From contig JAEOSU010000027.1 in assembly GCA_016840165.1 (NCBI GenBank), forward strand, positions 39,549 through 103,548: a stretch of 64,000 bases of DNA, given 5' to 3'. The stretch comes from Promethearchaeota archaeon (GTDB lineage Archaea; Asgardarchaeota; Lokiarchaeia; Sigyniarchaeales; SOKP01). Shown piece by piece: positions 1 through 8,879 of this stretch. Position 1 is the stretch's first letter. Each line of letters starts with the position of its first letter. Under the pieces are notes generated by a model. The model ran no database searches. It was not told the origin of the DNA and saw nothing but the letters and a program-made list of their open reading frames with translations. The position numbers were made by a program, and so were the translations under genes.

Positions 1-11
1 TTATTTGAATT

Positions 12-539
12 TTAAATCCATTTATTTGCTAATAAAAGCGAAATGCTTCCATAGAAAAAACCATTTACAACTCCAGCAATAAAAACTGAAATGATTGTTC
101 CTACCTCTCCAAATGAATTAACCATATCAAACCAAACCACACCAAGATTAGCAGAGTAGATTTGTCCTATTCCAAATAAGATAGCATATACCCCAGAAGC
201 AAGTAGTGCTGTTGTAAACCATGCACCAAATCCCGTTTGATTATTATCTCCCAATCTAGCCCCAACGATAATTGCAACTAAAGGGGGAATAATAAGTCCA
301 AGGAAAATTATAAGTATAGATACTATTTCTAATGGAGCAGCATTGATTAATCCAACAATCCCATTATCTGTCCAAGCAACACCAGGTATTATAGCAATAG
401 GAGAGAAAAATCCTGCAATAATATAGAAAACATCTGTTGCGGGATAACCAGCTACAAGAAATATAGCAAGTAATACAAATAATGCATTTAATCCAATATA
501 TATTACAAGTGTTATAAGAAACGTTTTTAAGAAATTCAT
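12..539 (-). CDS. Hypothetical integral membrane protein (about 4-5 TM)
   Basis: 175-aa ORF that is almost entirely hydrophobic, with Gly-rich helices; no family motif recognised. Confidence 0.75.
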   Translation of the reverse strand: MNFLKTFLITLVIYIGLNALFVLLAIFLVAGYPATDVFYIIAGFFSPIAIIPGVAWTDNGIVGLINAAPLEIVSILIIFLGLIIPPLVAIIVGARLGDNNQTGFGAWFTTALLASGVYAILFGIGQIYSANLGVVWFDMVNSFGEVGTIISVFIAGVVNGFFYGSISLLLANKWI

Positions 540-740
540 TTATTTCAAATCCATATTTTTGTGTTTAAGATTTCTATATGTTATACTAAGTTCTTTCAAA
601 TATATAAATTTTTTAGAGATTTGTAATTTTTATCAATTTGATCCCCTCATATAACAACTTATTTTTAAAATCGGACAAATTAAGAGCATCATATCAATAA
701 TTTTATACTAAAAATTTATCAAACCTTTACGAAATATTAC

Positions 741-1286
741 TTATAATTTAAATTGAGGATTTTTTTCAAAAGCTTCCTTAAATATAGCACCATTTTCAAC
801 ATACTCACCAGAAGTCATCTCTCCTATAAGTTTACCTTGTGTTTCTAATTCTTTTTTGATTTTAGCAGGAATCCCAACTGCTAAAGTTCGAGGGGGTATA
901 ACTTTATTGACCAATACAGCTCCAGCGCCAATCATTGCACCCTCACCTAATTTCGTATTATGTAATACTTTCGCACCTATTCCAACTAAACAACCGTTAT
1001 TTATTGTAGTTGGTCCATGAATCATAGCATGATGTCCGATGATACAATTATCACCAATAATAACGGACTTACCCTTCTCAATATGAATAGCAACATGTTC
1101 TTGAATACTCGTATTTTCTCCTATACGAATTGTACCCCAATCTCCTCTCAAGACTGCGCCAAACCAAATGTTAGAACCTTTTCCTATGGTTACGTCTCCA
1201 ATAATCACCGCTGTGGGAGCTATAAAAACTGAATCATGAATTTGGGGTTTTATTCCGGTTACTGGACTTGGGATTATTATTACCAT
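741..1286 (-). CDS. Gamma-carbonic anhydrase family (hexapeptide repeat) protein
   Basis: FIAPTAVIIGDVTIG, IWFGAVLRGD, His ligands (AIH, IGHHAMIHG), left-handed beta-helix repeats. Confidence 0.92.
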   Translation of the reverse strand: MVIIIPSPVTGIKPQIHDSVFIAPTAVIIGDVTIGKGSNIWFGAVLRGDWGTIRIGENTSIQEHVAIHIEKGKSVIIGDNCIIGHHAMIHGPTTINNGCLVGIGAKVLHNTKLGEGAMIGAGAVLVNKVIPPRTLAVGIPAKIKKELETQGKLIGEMTSGEYVENGAIFKEAFEKNPQFKL

Positions 1287-1483
1287 TTATTACCACTTTC
1301 AAACTTAAGATTTTAAAATAAGAAATTAATAAATCTTTATTAGAATTTTTATTATGTTTTAATAGTATTTAATTAAAGCAAAAGAGGGGTTATTCACTCC
1401 AAAATTCTTGATTAAATTCCTTTAAATCATAGGGCGACCATGCTTTGGGTGGCTCAGCATTTTTAACAAATTTATGAGTAAAA

Positions 1484-2056
1484 CTATAATAAATAATCAT
1501 CAAGTTCTTCAAAACCAAGACTCTTGATAAATAGATAAGCCTTTTTGTTGTCTCTAGAGACTCTACATCTTAATTCGTCTATTCCTTTATTCTTAAAGTA
1601 ATTCCATATTTCTAGCCCCAGAATGGTGCCAAAACCTCTGCGTTGAAGTTCAGGAAGGACACCTAAAGCAGAGATCACACCTATTTTATTTTCTTCTCCA
1701 GTGTAATGAACAATCGCGAATCCAACATATTTATCATCCAGATTTGCGAGCAAAAATATAATATTAGGATCCTTAATTAATTTTGTTAATAATTCATTAG
1801 AAAAAGGTTTATAGGGCATTTTTGTTGATGACCAGATATTTTTATGTAATTTGATAAAGATATTAGCATCTAATATAGTAGCTTCACGAATTTGTATTTT
1901 TTTTATTGGCCTTTCAATTTTTCTTTTTAACTTCTTTTCAAATTCAGTCGAAATTTTTTTAATAGGAAGACTCATATGAATATAATTCTCATCCTCTTTC
2001 AAAAGATCTAATGTGTCTCCTAATGAATGTAAAATAATTGATCTAAACCATTCCAT
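1484..2056 (-). CDS. GNAT family N-acetyltransferase
   Basis: IREAT, motif A LGVLPELQRRGFG, motif B NKKAYLFIKSLGF. Confidence 0.9.
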   Translation of the reverse strand: MEWFRSIILHSLGDTLDLLKEDENYIHMSLPIKKISTEFEKKLKRKIERPIKKIQIREATILDANIFIKLHKNIWSSTKMPYKPFSNELLTKLIKDPNIIFLLANLDDKYVGFAIVHYTGEENKIGVISALGVLPELQRRGFGTILGLEIWNYFKNKGIDELRCRVSRDNKKAYLFIKSLGFEELDDYLL

Positions 2057-2215
2057 ACTAAAATCTCAAATTTAATTTTTATTTAGAAATTTCAAATTTC
2101 CCTACAAACCATTTAGATAATTGCGAAAAATCTTTAATATAATTAAAGAATTGTTAAATAATTTAATTATTCAGCATTCCTTTTAATTAATAGAAATAAT
2201 TAGAGTGCATCTCAT

Positions 2216-3160
2216 ATGTCAGTAAAGCAACTCCAAGAAGAGATTTTAAAGTTGAAGAAAAAAAATGATGTTACTATCCTTGCTCATTATTATCAATCAA
2301 TTGGTATACAAGACATTGCAGATTACTTAGGAGATTCTCTTGGTTTGTCAAGAATCGTTAATGAAAAAGTAACTTCCGAATATGTAATTTTTGCTGGTGT
2401 GCTTTTTATGGCAGAAACCGCTTCAATCTTAAATCAAGAGAAGCATATTTTAATGCCTAATAAGAATGCTGGATGTTCATTAGCAGACTATTTAACTCCA
2501 GATCTAATTTATAAGTTTAGAAAGATGCACCCTGAACTTCCTGTAGTGACCTATGTCAATAGTACTGCTGCTGTCAAAGCTGTTTCTGACATTTCATGTA
2601 CCTCTTCAAACGCCGTAAATATCGTCCAAAAGATCAGTCACGAATTCAATGTTAATAAAGTTTTATTCGGTCCAGATTCAAATTTAGCCGATTTTGTAGA
2701 GCAAAAATCAAATATTAAAACTATTAAAATGCCCGAAAACGGTCATTGTGCTGTACATTCACAAATTACTCCTAAAGATGTATTTGAATCCCGGAAAAAA
2801 TATTCTGATGCTTTGGTATTAGTTCATCCTGAATGCATTAGAAAAGTAAGAGATCTAGCTGATTTTGCTGGATCAACAGCACAGATGTATAATAGAGTTA
2901 AAAATAGTCGATCAGATGAAAAAAAATTTATCATTGGTACTGAATGTGGAATGCTAGAGCGTATGGCAAAAGATTTTCCCGAGAAAGAATTTTACTTGTT
3001 GAAAGATGAGATTACGTGTTTTGATATGAAAAAAAATAATTTATCTCAAATTAAATATCTCCTAAATAATTTAGATGATAAAGATTTTGAGGTGCGAGTT
3101 CCTCCCAAAATTGCCGAGCAAGCCTTAAAACCCATTAATAAGATGTTAGAATTTTCTTAA
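2216..3160 (+). CDS. nadA: Quinolinate synthase
   Basis: ILAHYYQ, GDSLGLS, FMAETA, AGCSLA, YVNSTA, CTSSNA, HPEC, GST motifs. Confidence 0.97.
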   Translation: MSVKQLQEEILKLKKKNDVTILAHYYQSIGIQDIADYLGDSLGLSRIVNEKVTSEYVIFAGVLFMAETASILNQEKHILMPNKNAGCSLADYLTPDLIYKFRKMHPELPVVTYVNSTAAVKAVSDISCTSSNAVNIVQKISHEFNVNKVLFGPDSNLADFVEQKSNIKTIKMPENGHCAVHSQITPKDVFESRKKYSDALVLVHPECIRKVRDLADFAGSTAQMYNRVKNSRSDEKKFIIGTECGMLERMAKDFPEKEFYLLKDEITCFDMKKNNLSQIKYLLNNLDDKDFEVRVPPKIAEQALKPINKMLEFS

Positions 3161-3171
3161 AACTACCATCT

Positions 3172-4665
3172 TCATTTTGATTTAAGAAGAAACTGGGTAA
3201 TTTTCAATTGTTTTCTGTCATCGAGATATTTTAAGAATGCTCTAGTCGGTTTTCCGGTTGGAATTGCACTAGATTTAGTTTTCGTTTCGTATCTCTGAAT
3301 ATCACGATGAGAAAATTGATGTTCATTCATTTGATCGTTGAACTTGAATAGCCATTTAACAAAATTTTTATATAACCTTCCGTTAATTCCAGCTTTTGAT
3401 TTATGGTATTTCTCATAATATTCAACGTCTTTATCAGAGTATTCGGTATAATAACGATAATTCTGGCCCATCCAAAAAATATGAGAAACAGAATCTGGAA
3501 AATCACTAATTCTACAGTTTGTTAATTTTACTTTCTTTAAGGACTCCATATCTGCTAAAAATTCGGGAATCTCGTGTATATCCATATTTTCCGAAAGATC
3601 GAGAGTTTCTAAATGCTTTAATCCTTTAATACCTTCAATTTTTTTAATATAATTATTCTTTAAATTTAATTCTTTTAAATTTATTAAATTTTCAAGACCG
3701 CTTATCATTGATATTCTATTATTACTCAAATCTAATTTCTCTATAGACTTGGAAATATTATTTATTCCTTGAATATCTAGAATGTTATCTATCATTTTAT
3801 TCGACAAATTAAGTGTTTTGTCAATTAAAAGTCCAATTAGATTATCATGATACTTAACAAGATTAAAATCTAAATCCTCATAATTTATTTGGGCTTTATT
3901 TAAAAATTTTAAAAGAGGAAACCCCCGGTGATTTTTATATTTATTATAAATAAATTCCACATAAGTTCGCAGAAACTCAATAGGTATTTTTTCCATAGCC
4001 TTAATAAGGATTAAATATTTGTAGGAAAAACGAAAGTTGCCCAAAAATTTGGATGTAGATTTTTTAGCGTTGTTAACTGCATCTTGATTATGAAAATCCT
4101 CCAGATATGCAATTATTTTACGTGAATATTCATCAATTGAGGGAAAATCAATATCCACTAAAACACTTTCAAATTCTTCTTCATTAAGATAGTATAAGTA
4201 TCCATTTTGAGTTAAAAAGCGAACAACACTCGGATGGCCAGTAGCATAACGAATTGCGATCTCTTCTTTGAATCTACTATTAGCTAATGGATCTCCTGAA
4301 TCTGATAGCGCCTTCAGTAATGGAAATGCTAAGTTGCGATGTAATATTCGAGTATCGTAGTTATTATCCACCCAAGCTTGAATATTTGAACAATGTCCCC
4401 AAAACTCGGTTTCAGGGGGGATTAAATTATGATTACGCTCCATCTTACGATCTAACTTTGACGCAGCTTCATCTATTGATCTAATCTCGTCATATTCCTT
4501 TATCTTGTCTACAGGAATGTTTAGTAAAAGATACATACATTGTCGAAAAGGTCGATTATTGACGTATATGACTGTCCTTCGATTCTCTAATCTTAAGCTT
4601 AAGTATTTATTTATTTTAAACTCATTATTAATTGGCCTTTTATCTATAGATGGATTGACAAACAT
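3172..4665 (-). CDS. Leucine-rich repeat protein with Lokiarchaeia-type N-terminal domain
   Basis: LRRs (IEKLDLSNNRI, LKELNLKNNYI, LETLDLSEN); N-terminal EFKINKYLSLRLE...EFWGHCSNIQAW...LHRNLAFPLLK domain typical of Loki paralog families. Confidence 0.85.
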   Translation of the reverse strand: MFVNPSIDKRPINNEFKINKYLSLRLENRRTVIYVNNRPFRQCMYLLLNIPVDKIKEYDEIRSIDEAASKLDRKMERNHNLIPPETEFWGHCSNIQAWVDNNYDTRILHRNLAFPLLKALSDSGDPLANSRFKEEIAIRYATGHPSVVRFLTQNGYLYYLNEEEFESVLVDIDFPSIDEYSRKIIAYLEDFHNQDAVNNAKKSTSKFLGNFRFSYKYLILIKAMEKIPIEFLRTYVEFIYNKYKNHRGFPLLKFLNKAQINYEDLDFNLVKYHDNLIGLLIDKTLNLSNKMIDNILDIQGINNISKSIEKLDLSNNRISMISGLENLINLKELNLKNNYIKKIEGIKGLKHLETLDLSENMDIHEIPEFLADMESLKKVKLTNCRISDFPDSVSHIFWMGQNYRYYTEYSDKDVEYYEKYHKSKAGINGRLYKNFVKWLFKFNDQMNEHQFSHRDIQRYETKTKSSAIPTGKPTRAFLKYLDDRKQLKITQFLLKSK

Positions 4666-4762
4666 GACTAAATAGATGATGTACAGAGATGAAAGGAAGG
4701 ATTTTTGTTATTTCAAAAATAATAAATTAAACTATATAAAACCAAGGGCTATACAAATTTTT

Positions 4763-4791
4763 AAAAAAAATAAAAAAAAATATCAAAAAAA
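4763..4791 (-). terminator. Oligo-T terminator downstream of the ubiquitin-like gene
   Basis: T7, T9 and T8 runs on the minus strand 20-50 nt after the stop at 4811. Confidence 0.55.
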
Positions 4792-4810
4792 GCTGTTAAG
4801 AGATTCCTAT

Positions 4811-5065
4811 TTAGGCTCCACCAGCTTGGGTTGCCATTACGGTTATTACATCTTTTTTAGGATGGATACCGACCTTAGCGAACTTTAGATTGTCGGGTAA
4901 TACTTTTCCTTTGAAAATAAATTGGATCGCTAAAATTGGATTAAGTTTATACTCTCTTTGAACAGTTTTCTTAATTTCTGCTATAGATTGATTAGGATCT
5001 ACCTCAATAAGCTTAATTGCTTGATCGGGTGGAACACCAGTAAGTCTAAATCGATATTGGGTAAT
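4811..5065 (-). CDS. Ubiquitin-like (beta-grasp) modifier, 84 aa, ATT start, C-terminal GG-A; not in the ORF track
   Basis: Manual translation: (M)TQYRFRLTGVPPDQAIKLIEVDPNQSIAEIKKTVQREYKLNPILAIQFIFKGKVLPDNLKFAKVGIHPKKDVITVMATQAGGA*. EVDPNQSIAEIK resembles ubiquitin EVEPSDTIENVK; FIFKGKVL resembles LIFAGKQL; diglycine present; SD GGTGA 6 nt upstream of ATT. Confidence 0.88.
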   Translation of the reverse strand: MTQYRFRLTGVPPDQAIKLIEVDPNQSIAEIKKTVQREYKLNPILAIQFIFKGKVLPDNLKFAKVGIHPKKDVITVMATQAGGA

Positions 5066-5071
5066 CTTTTT

Positions 5072-5077
5072 TCACCT
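5072..5077 (-). promoter_or_regulatory. Shine-Dalgarno AGGTGA of the ubiquitin-like gene
   Basis: AGGTGA-AAAAAG-ATT on the minus strand; matches the archaeal anti-SD consensus. Confidence 0.75.
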
Positions 5078-5220
5078 TGAGTTTTTTTATAATTTGATAA
5101 TTTTATCTTAATTTAATAATTAGTCTTGTAATTAAGATATAAGGTAAACGGTCTAACAGAGTATACTTTAGTATGAGTATTATGCTCATATATAAAGAAA
5201 AATTGAGATTCTCACTAATT

Positions 5221-5406
5221 TTAAAATCGAAACGGTTCTGGGGGCGGAGTAGGTGGACCAGGTGGATAAGGTCCGGGAGATGGACCTGGTCTCGATGGAC
5301 CACGTCCTATTCGGTTTTCGATTTGTGAAATTCTTGCTTCTATTTTGCCTAGTCTCTCTTCTATTCTTTTTATTCTTTCAATTATATTTGGAGTGTCTAT
5401 TCCCAT
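5221..5406 (-). CDS. Small coiled-coil plus proline-rich protein (61 aa)
   Basis: Heptad repeat RIKRIEERLGKIEARISQIENRI followed by a GPSRPGPSPGPYPPGPPTPPPEP tail; the locally high GC is explained by Pro/Gly codons in this frame. Confidence 0.78.
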   Translation of the reverse strand: MGIDTPNIIERIKRIEERLGKIEARISQIENRIGRGPSRPGPSPGPYPPGPPTPPPEPFRF

Positions 5407-5625
5407 TATTTAAATTCACATTCTTTTTACATTTTTATATTTTGATTATATTGATTAATTAAAATCTTCAAGATCAATTTATATCTAAGAAATCCCGACT
5501 TTAATCATTACTTAAAGATTAAGGTACTATACCAAATCTATAGTAAAATGTGTCATTATTAAAAATAAGTCTAAGTATAGGAAAAAAGTACAACTTTATA
5601 TATTAGAAAATGATATTAATTTTGT

Positions 5626-6717
5626 ATGGAAAGCTGGAATATTTCGAAAAAATTGAAAAATGACATGTTAAAGAAATCTGCTAACATTGAAGATAATAGC
5701 CGACGAATATTATTTATCTTAAGAAATTTAGGGCCGCAGAGGTTTACCAATTTAGTAAAATATTCAAATTTAAGCCGATCCACGGTTTCTAAATATCTTA
5801 AGCTTCATAGTAAGAATAATAACGTCGAACAGAAATTAATTACTGATAAAGATACCAATAATCAGTATCAAGGTTATGTCATTACCGAAAAAGGAATAGA
5901 GAAATTGGGCGAGGGTCCATTAAGACTAAAAGATGAGCTTTTAATTATCAATGAATTAAAGGAAAATGTACGTAGACTTGAGGAACTAATAGCCTTTTTC
6001 AAAAAAATTAATTTGGAAGACCCTTTTATCATCCATATCATAAGAATAGTATCGAAAATAGGAGATAATTTTTTTGAACTACAGCAAGATAGAGATTTGT
6101 TTTTATCATTGTTTTACATCTTTTATAATTCAATTCTCGGTCAGGGTGCATTAGCAAATAGATATTGGCGTTTTTATAAAGATGGAAGTCAAAAATTTAA
6201 AGGATATAAATTAAATATTGACCAGTTCTGTAAACTTTTTGAAGTGAGAAAGGAAGCAATAAATTATTTAGCTCGATTAAAATTAATTCAAAGCGATTTT
6301 GGATTTTATTTAATTAAACGTGAGAATAGTGACTTCTATTTTCATGAAGAGGATCTACTCGGCACTACAACTTTAAGACTTATTAGGGATAGGTTGTTTG
6401 ATGAGATAATAAATTTACAGGAAGGTATATCAGAAGCAATATTTAACTTAGACATCATGTCTGAAGAAATAGCGGAACAATTAAGTGAAATGGGTCTAAT
6501 CTGGGGAGCAATTAAACACCAATTTCAGTTATTATTAGTAAATCTAATAGTAAAAATAGCGATTGATATGGGTTTTTTAGATATAGAACGAGAAAAACTA
6601 ATGAATGCAGTTGCTCAATCGAAAATGCTCACTCTCTCTAATGAAGGTAAAATGCTGCAGGAATCAATAGAAGAGGGGAAAATTTTACTTTCAAATTTAA
6701 ATATTCTTACAACGTAA
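5626..6717 (+). CDS. Winged-helix DNA-binding protein with C-terminal helical domain
   Basis: RFTNLVKYSNLSRSTVSKYLK HTH and YVITEKG wing. Confidence 0.8.
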   Translation: MESWNISKKLKNDMLKKSANIEDNSRRILFILRNLGPQRFTNLVKYSNLSRSTVSKYLKLHSKNNNVEQKLITDKDTNNQYQGYVITEKGIEKLGEGPLRLKDELLIINELKENVRRLEELIAFFKKINLEDPFIIHIIRIVSKIGDNFFELQQDRDLFLSLFYIFYNSILGQGALANRYWRFYKDGSQKFKGYKLNIDQFCKLFEVRKEAINYLARLKLIQSDFGFYLIKRENSDFYFHEEDLLGTTTLRLIRDRLFDEIINLQEGISEAIFNLDIMSEEIAEQLSEMGLIWGAIKHQFQLLLVNLIVKIAIDMGFLDIEREKLMNAVAQSKMLTLSNEGKMLQESIEEGKILLSNLNILTT

Positions 6718-6748
6718 TAATTTTAAATTTTTAAAGATAAGATGTCTT

Positions 6749-7966
6749 ATGCTCAAAAGTATCGTTGCGATTCAAAAGATTAATAACGATGATGCAAAGA
6801 GTGCAGTGTTTAAAGCTCTCAATATGATTAATGCTGAAAAGCTCATGAATAAGGACAATATGTTGGTAGTTTTAAAACCAAACCTTTTAATTGGAAAACC
6901 TCCTGAAAGAGCGGTATGTACCCACCCTGAGATTGTTCGTTCCGTTATTCAATGGGTTAAGCAATTTAACCCATCAAAAATTATAGTATGTGATTCAGCA
7001 GGAGGTCAAAAACCAGGAGTGACCGAAGCTGCAATGAGAGACAGCGGAATTGATAAAGTCTGTGAGGAAGAGGGCGTAGAATGTATCCCTTTCGAAAAAA
7101 CGGAAAGAATTATTTATAAGGTTGAGAATCCCCTTGAACTTCAGGAATTTTCAAGTTCTCATCTACTAAAAGATGCAGATCTCATAATTAATCTTCCTAA
7201 AATTAAAACTCATGGCCAATGTAAGCTTACTTGTTGTATTAAAAATATGTTCGGAACCGTATTACTCGCAAATAAACCTAAAACTCATGCTCAAGCGGCG
7301 ACATTAGATCGATTCACTTCAGCACTAGTCGACATTTATTCCGTTTCGAAACCACAATTAACAATAATAGATGGATTTTATGCGATGGAGGGACAAGGGC
7401 CCTCGAGTGGCGATCCTGTAAAATTAGACTTAATTTTAGCAGGTTATGATGGCGTAGCATTAGATAGAACAGTATGTGAAATAATTGGGTTTAATCCTAA
7501 TGAAATTCTCTATTTAGCAAAAGCCGAACAAAAAAATCTTGGAACAACTATTCTATCTCAAATAAAGTTTATAGGCGAATCCATTGAGAATGTTAAAAGA
7601 AAGTTTAAACCTCCAAAGATTAGGCCCGTTTCGATGCCATTACCAAAATGGCTAGCGGATTACGTCGGACGGACAATTTTTAAAGCAAGAGTAAAATTTA
7701 ATCGTGATAAATGTAGATTATGTTCTACATGCTGGACTAACTGTCCAGTAGGTGCTATCACACCTCCGGAGCTAATTAAGAAGGGAAATATCCCTGAATG
7801 GAATAAAAGTAAATGCATAACCTGCTTTTGTTGTGTTGAGCTGTGTCCTTATGAAGCTGTTAAGTTTAGTATAAATTATATAAAAAATGCTTTATTCTCG
7901 TGGATGGGCTTAGGTTTAGTTGGATTTGTAGTTTTATTATCATTAATTATTTTATGGATAATTTAA
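6749..7966 (+). CDS. DUF362 family protein with 2x[4Fe-4S] ferredoxin domain and C-terminal TM
   Basis: VLKPNL, THP, INLPKIKTH, KNMFG, MEGQGP; two CxxCxxCxxxCP motifs. Confidence 0.9.
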   Translation: MLKSIVAIQKINNDDAKSAVFKALNMINAEKLMNKDNMLVVLKPNLLIGKPPERAVCTHPEIVRSVIQWVKQFNPSKIIVCDSAGGQKPGVTEAAMRDSGIDKVCEEEGVECIPFEKTERIIYKVENPLELQEFSSSHLLKDADLIINLPKIKTHGQCKLTCCIKNMFGTVLLANKPKTHAQAATLDRFTSALVDIYSVSKPQLTIIDGFYAMEGQGPSSGDPVKLDLILAGYDGVALDRTVCEIIGFNPNEILYLAKAEQKNLGTTILSQIKFIGESIENVKRKFKPPKIRPVSMPLPKWLADYVGRTIFKARVKFNRDKCRLCSTCWTNCPVGAITPPELIKKGNIPEWNKSKCITCFCCVELCPYEAVKFSINYIKNALFSWMGLGLVGFVVLLSLIILWII

Positions 7967-7984
7967 TTATAGAGGTGAAATAGT

Positions 7985-8170
7985 GTGGCCTGGGGTGGAT
8001 CTTTAAATAAAGATGGGTCTGATTATATTCGGAAATTAAAGGAAATAGAAAAGATCCTTAATTTTTTAGATGATTTTAAAAAATCACTAAAAGATGAGGA
8101 GAAAAAGAAAGTTGCTGAAGTAATAGATATCATTACAGATCATTTTAAAACTCTTTTCCAGGATAAATGA
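7985..8170 (+). CDS. Small helical hypothetical protein
   Basis: GTG start preceded by SD GAGGTGA; amphipathic helices; fills the gap between two genes. Confidence 0.7.
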   Translation: MAWGGSLNKDGSDYIRKLKEIEKILNFLDDFKKSLKDEEKKKVAEVIDIITDHFKTLFQDK

Positions 8171-8173
8171 AAT

Positions 8174-8746
8174 TTATTTTAGCGATTCTAATACCTTTTT
8201 TATAATTTGGATAACAATATCAGCGGATCTTTGCATCGGTTCTGTTAAATGAATTTCAAAAAAAGGGAGATCAATATTATTACTTAAATCTTCTAAATTT
8301 AATTCATCTTTTTTATATTGACGAAGCTCTGTAAATCCTTCAAGACTTTCGGGTACAAAACCTATCATAAAAACTTGCAGAGTCTGTATCTTATTGGTTA
8401 ACAAATCAATAACGATATGAACTGGAATAGTATGTGAAGAAATAGGAATGTAATTGCACATATTATCTCGTTCAAGGATACTTATTGTACCTGGTTCTTG
8501 CTTTAAAGTACAAGTATCGAAAAGAACCAAATGGGAAGGATGAAAGTTTAAAATATCATCTATTCTTGCCATAGGATCAATTCCAGCGTTTATAAAGAGA
8601 AATTTATGATTTGATAGATGAAGTAATTTACTGATGATATAGGGGCCGACGCCATCATCAGTTAATTTCTCTTCTCCAATCCCCATAAAGACAATTTTCA
8701 AAGCATCTTTAAGTTTTGAATAAATTTTGTTAAATAACTCTTCCAT
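8174..8746 (-). CDS. Hydrogenase maturation protease (HycI-like)
   Basis: MGIGEEKLTDDGVG, LFD, SSHTIP motifs. Confidence 0.85.
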   Translation of the reverse strand: MEELFNKIYSKLKDALKIVFMGIGEEKLTDDGVGPYIISKLLHLSNHKFLFINAGIDPMARIDDILNFHPSHLVLFDTCTLKQEPGTISILERDNMCNYIPISSHTIPVHIVIDLLTNKIQTLQVFMIGFVPESLEGFTELRQYKKDELNLEDLSNNIDLPFFEIHLTEPMQRSADIVIQIIKKVLESLK

Positions 8747-8879
8747 TCCTTTTTAAGAAATTTAGCATCCCAAATTAATTTTGAGTTATTTCATATATAG
8801 TTAATCATATCCCAAATTAAGATCTCATTTATTAGAACACCAAGGAAAATCTTTTATTTTACTAAGGGTTGATTTTATT

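Noticed and set aside
4676-4888. Plus-strand 70-aa ORF
   Set aside because: Runs through A-tracts and lies antisense to the Ubl gene end; no protein-like features
5072-5074. In-frame TGA codons just upstream of the ATT starts (also 25560 and 60392) read as selenocysteine
   Set aside because: Two are part of the GGTGA SD and the third lies in the SD spacer; none is at a Cys-equivalent position; no SECIS was recognised
5103-5462. Alternative ORFs 5103-5303 (-) and 5253-5462 (+)
   Set aside because: Off-frame or antisense shadows of the coiled-coil/Pro-rich gene
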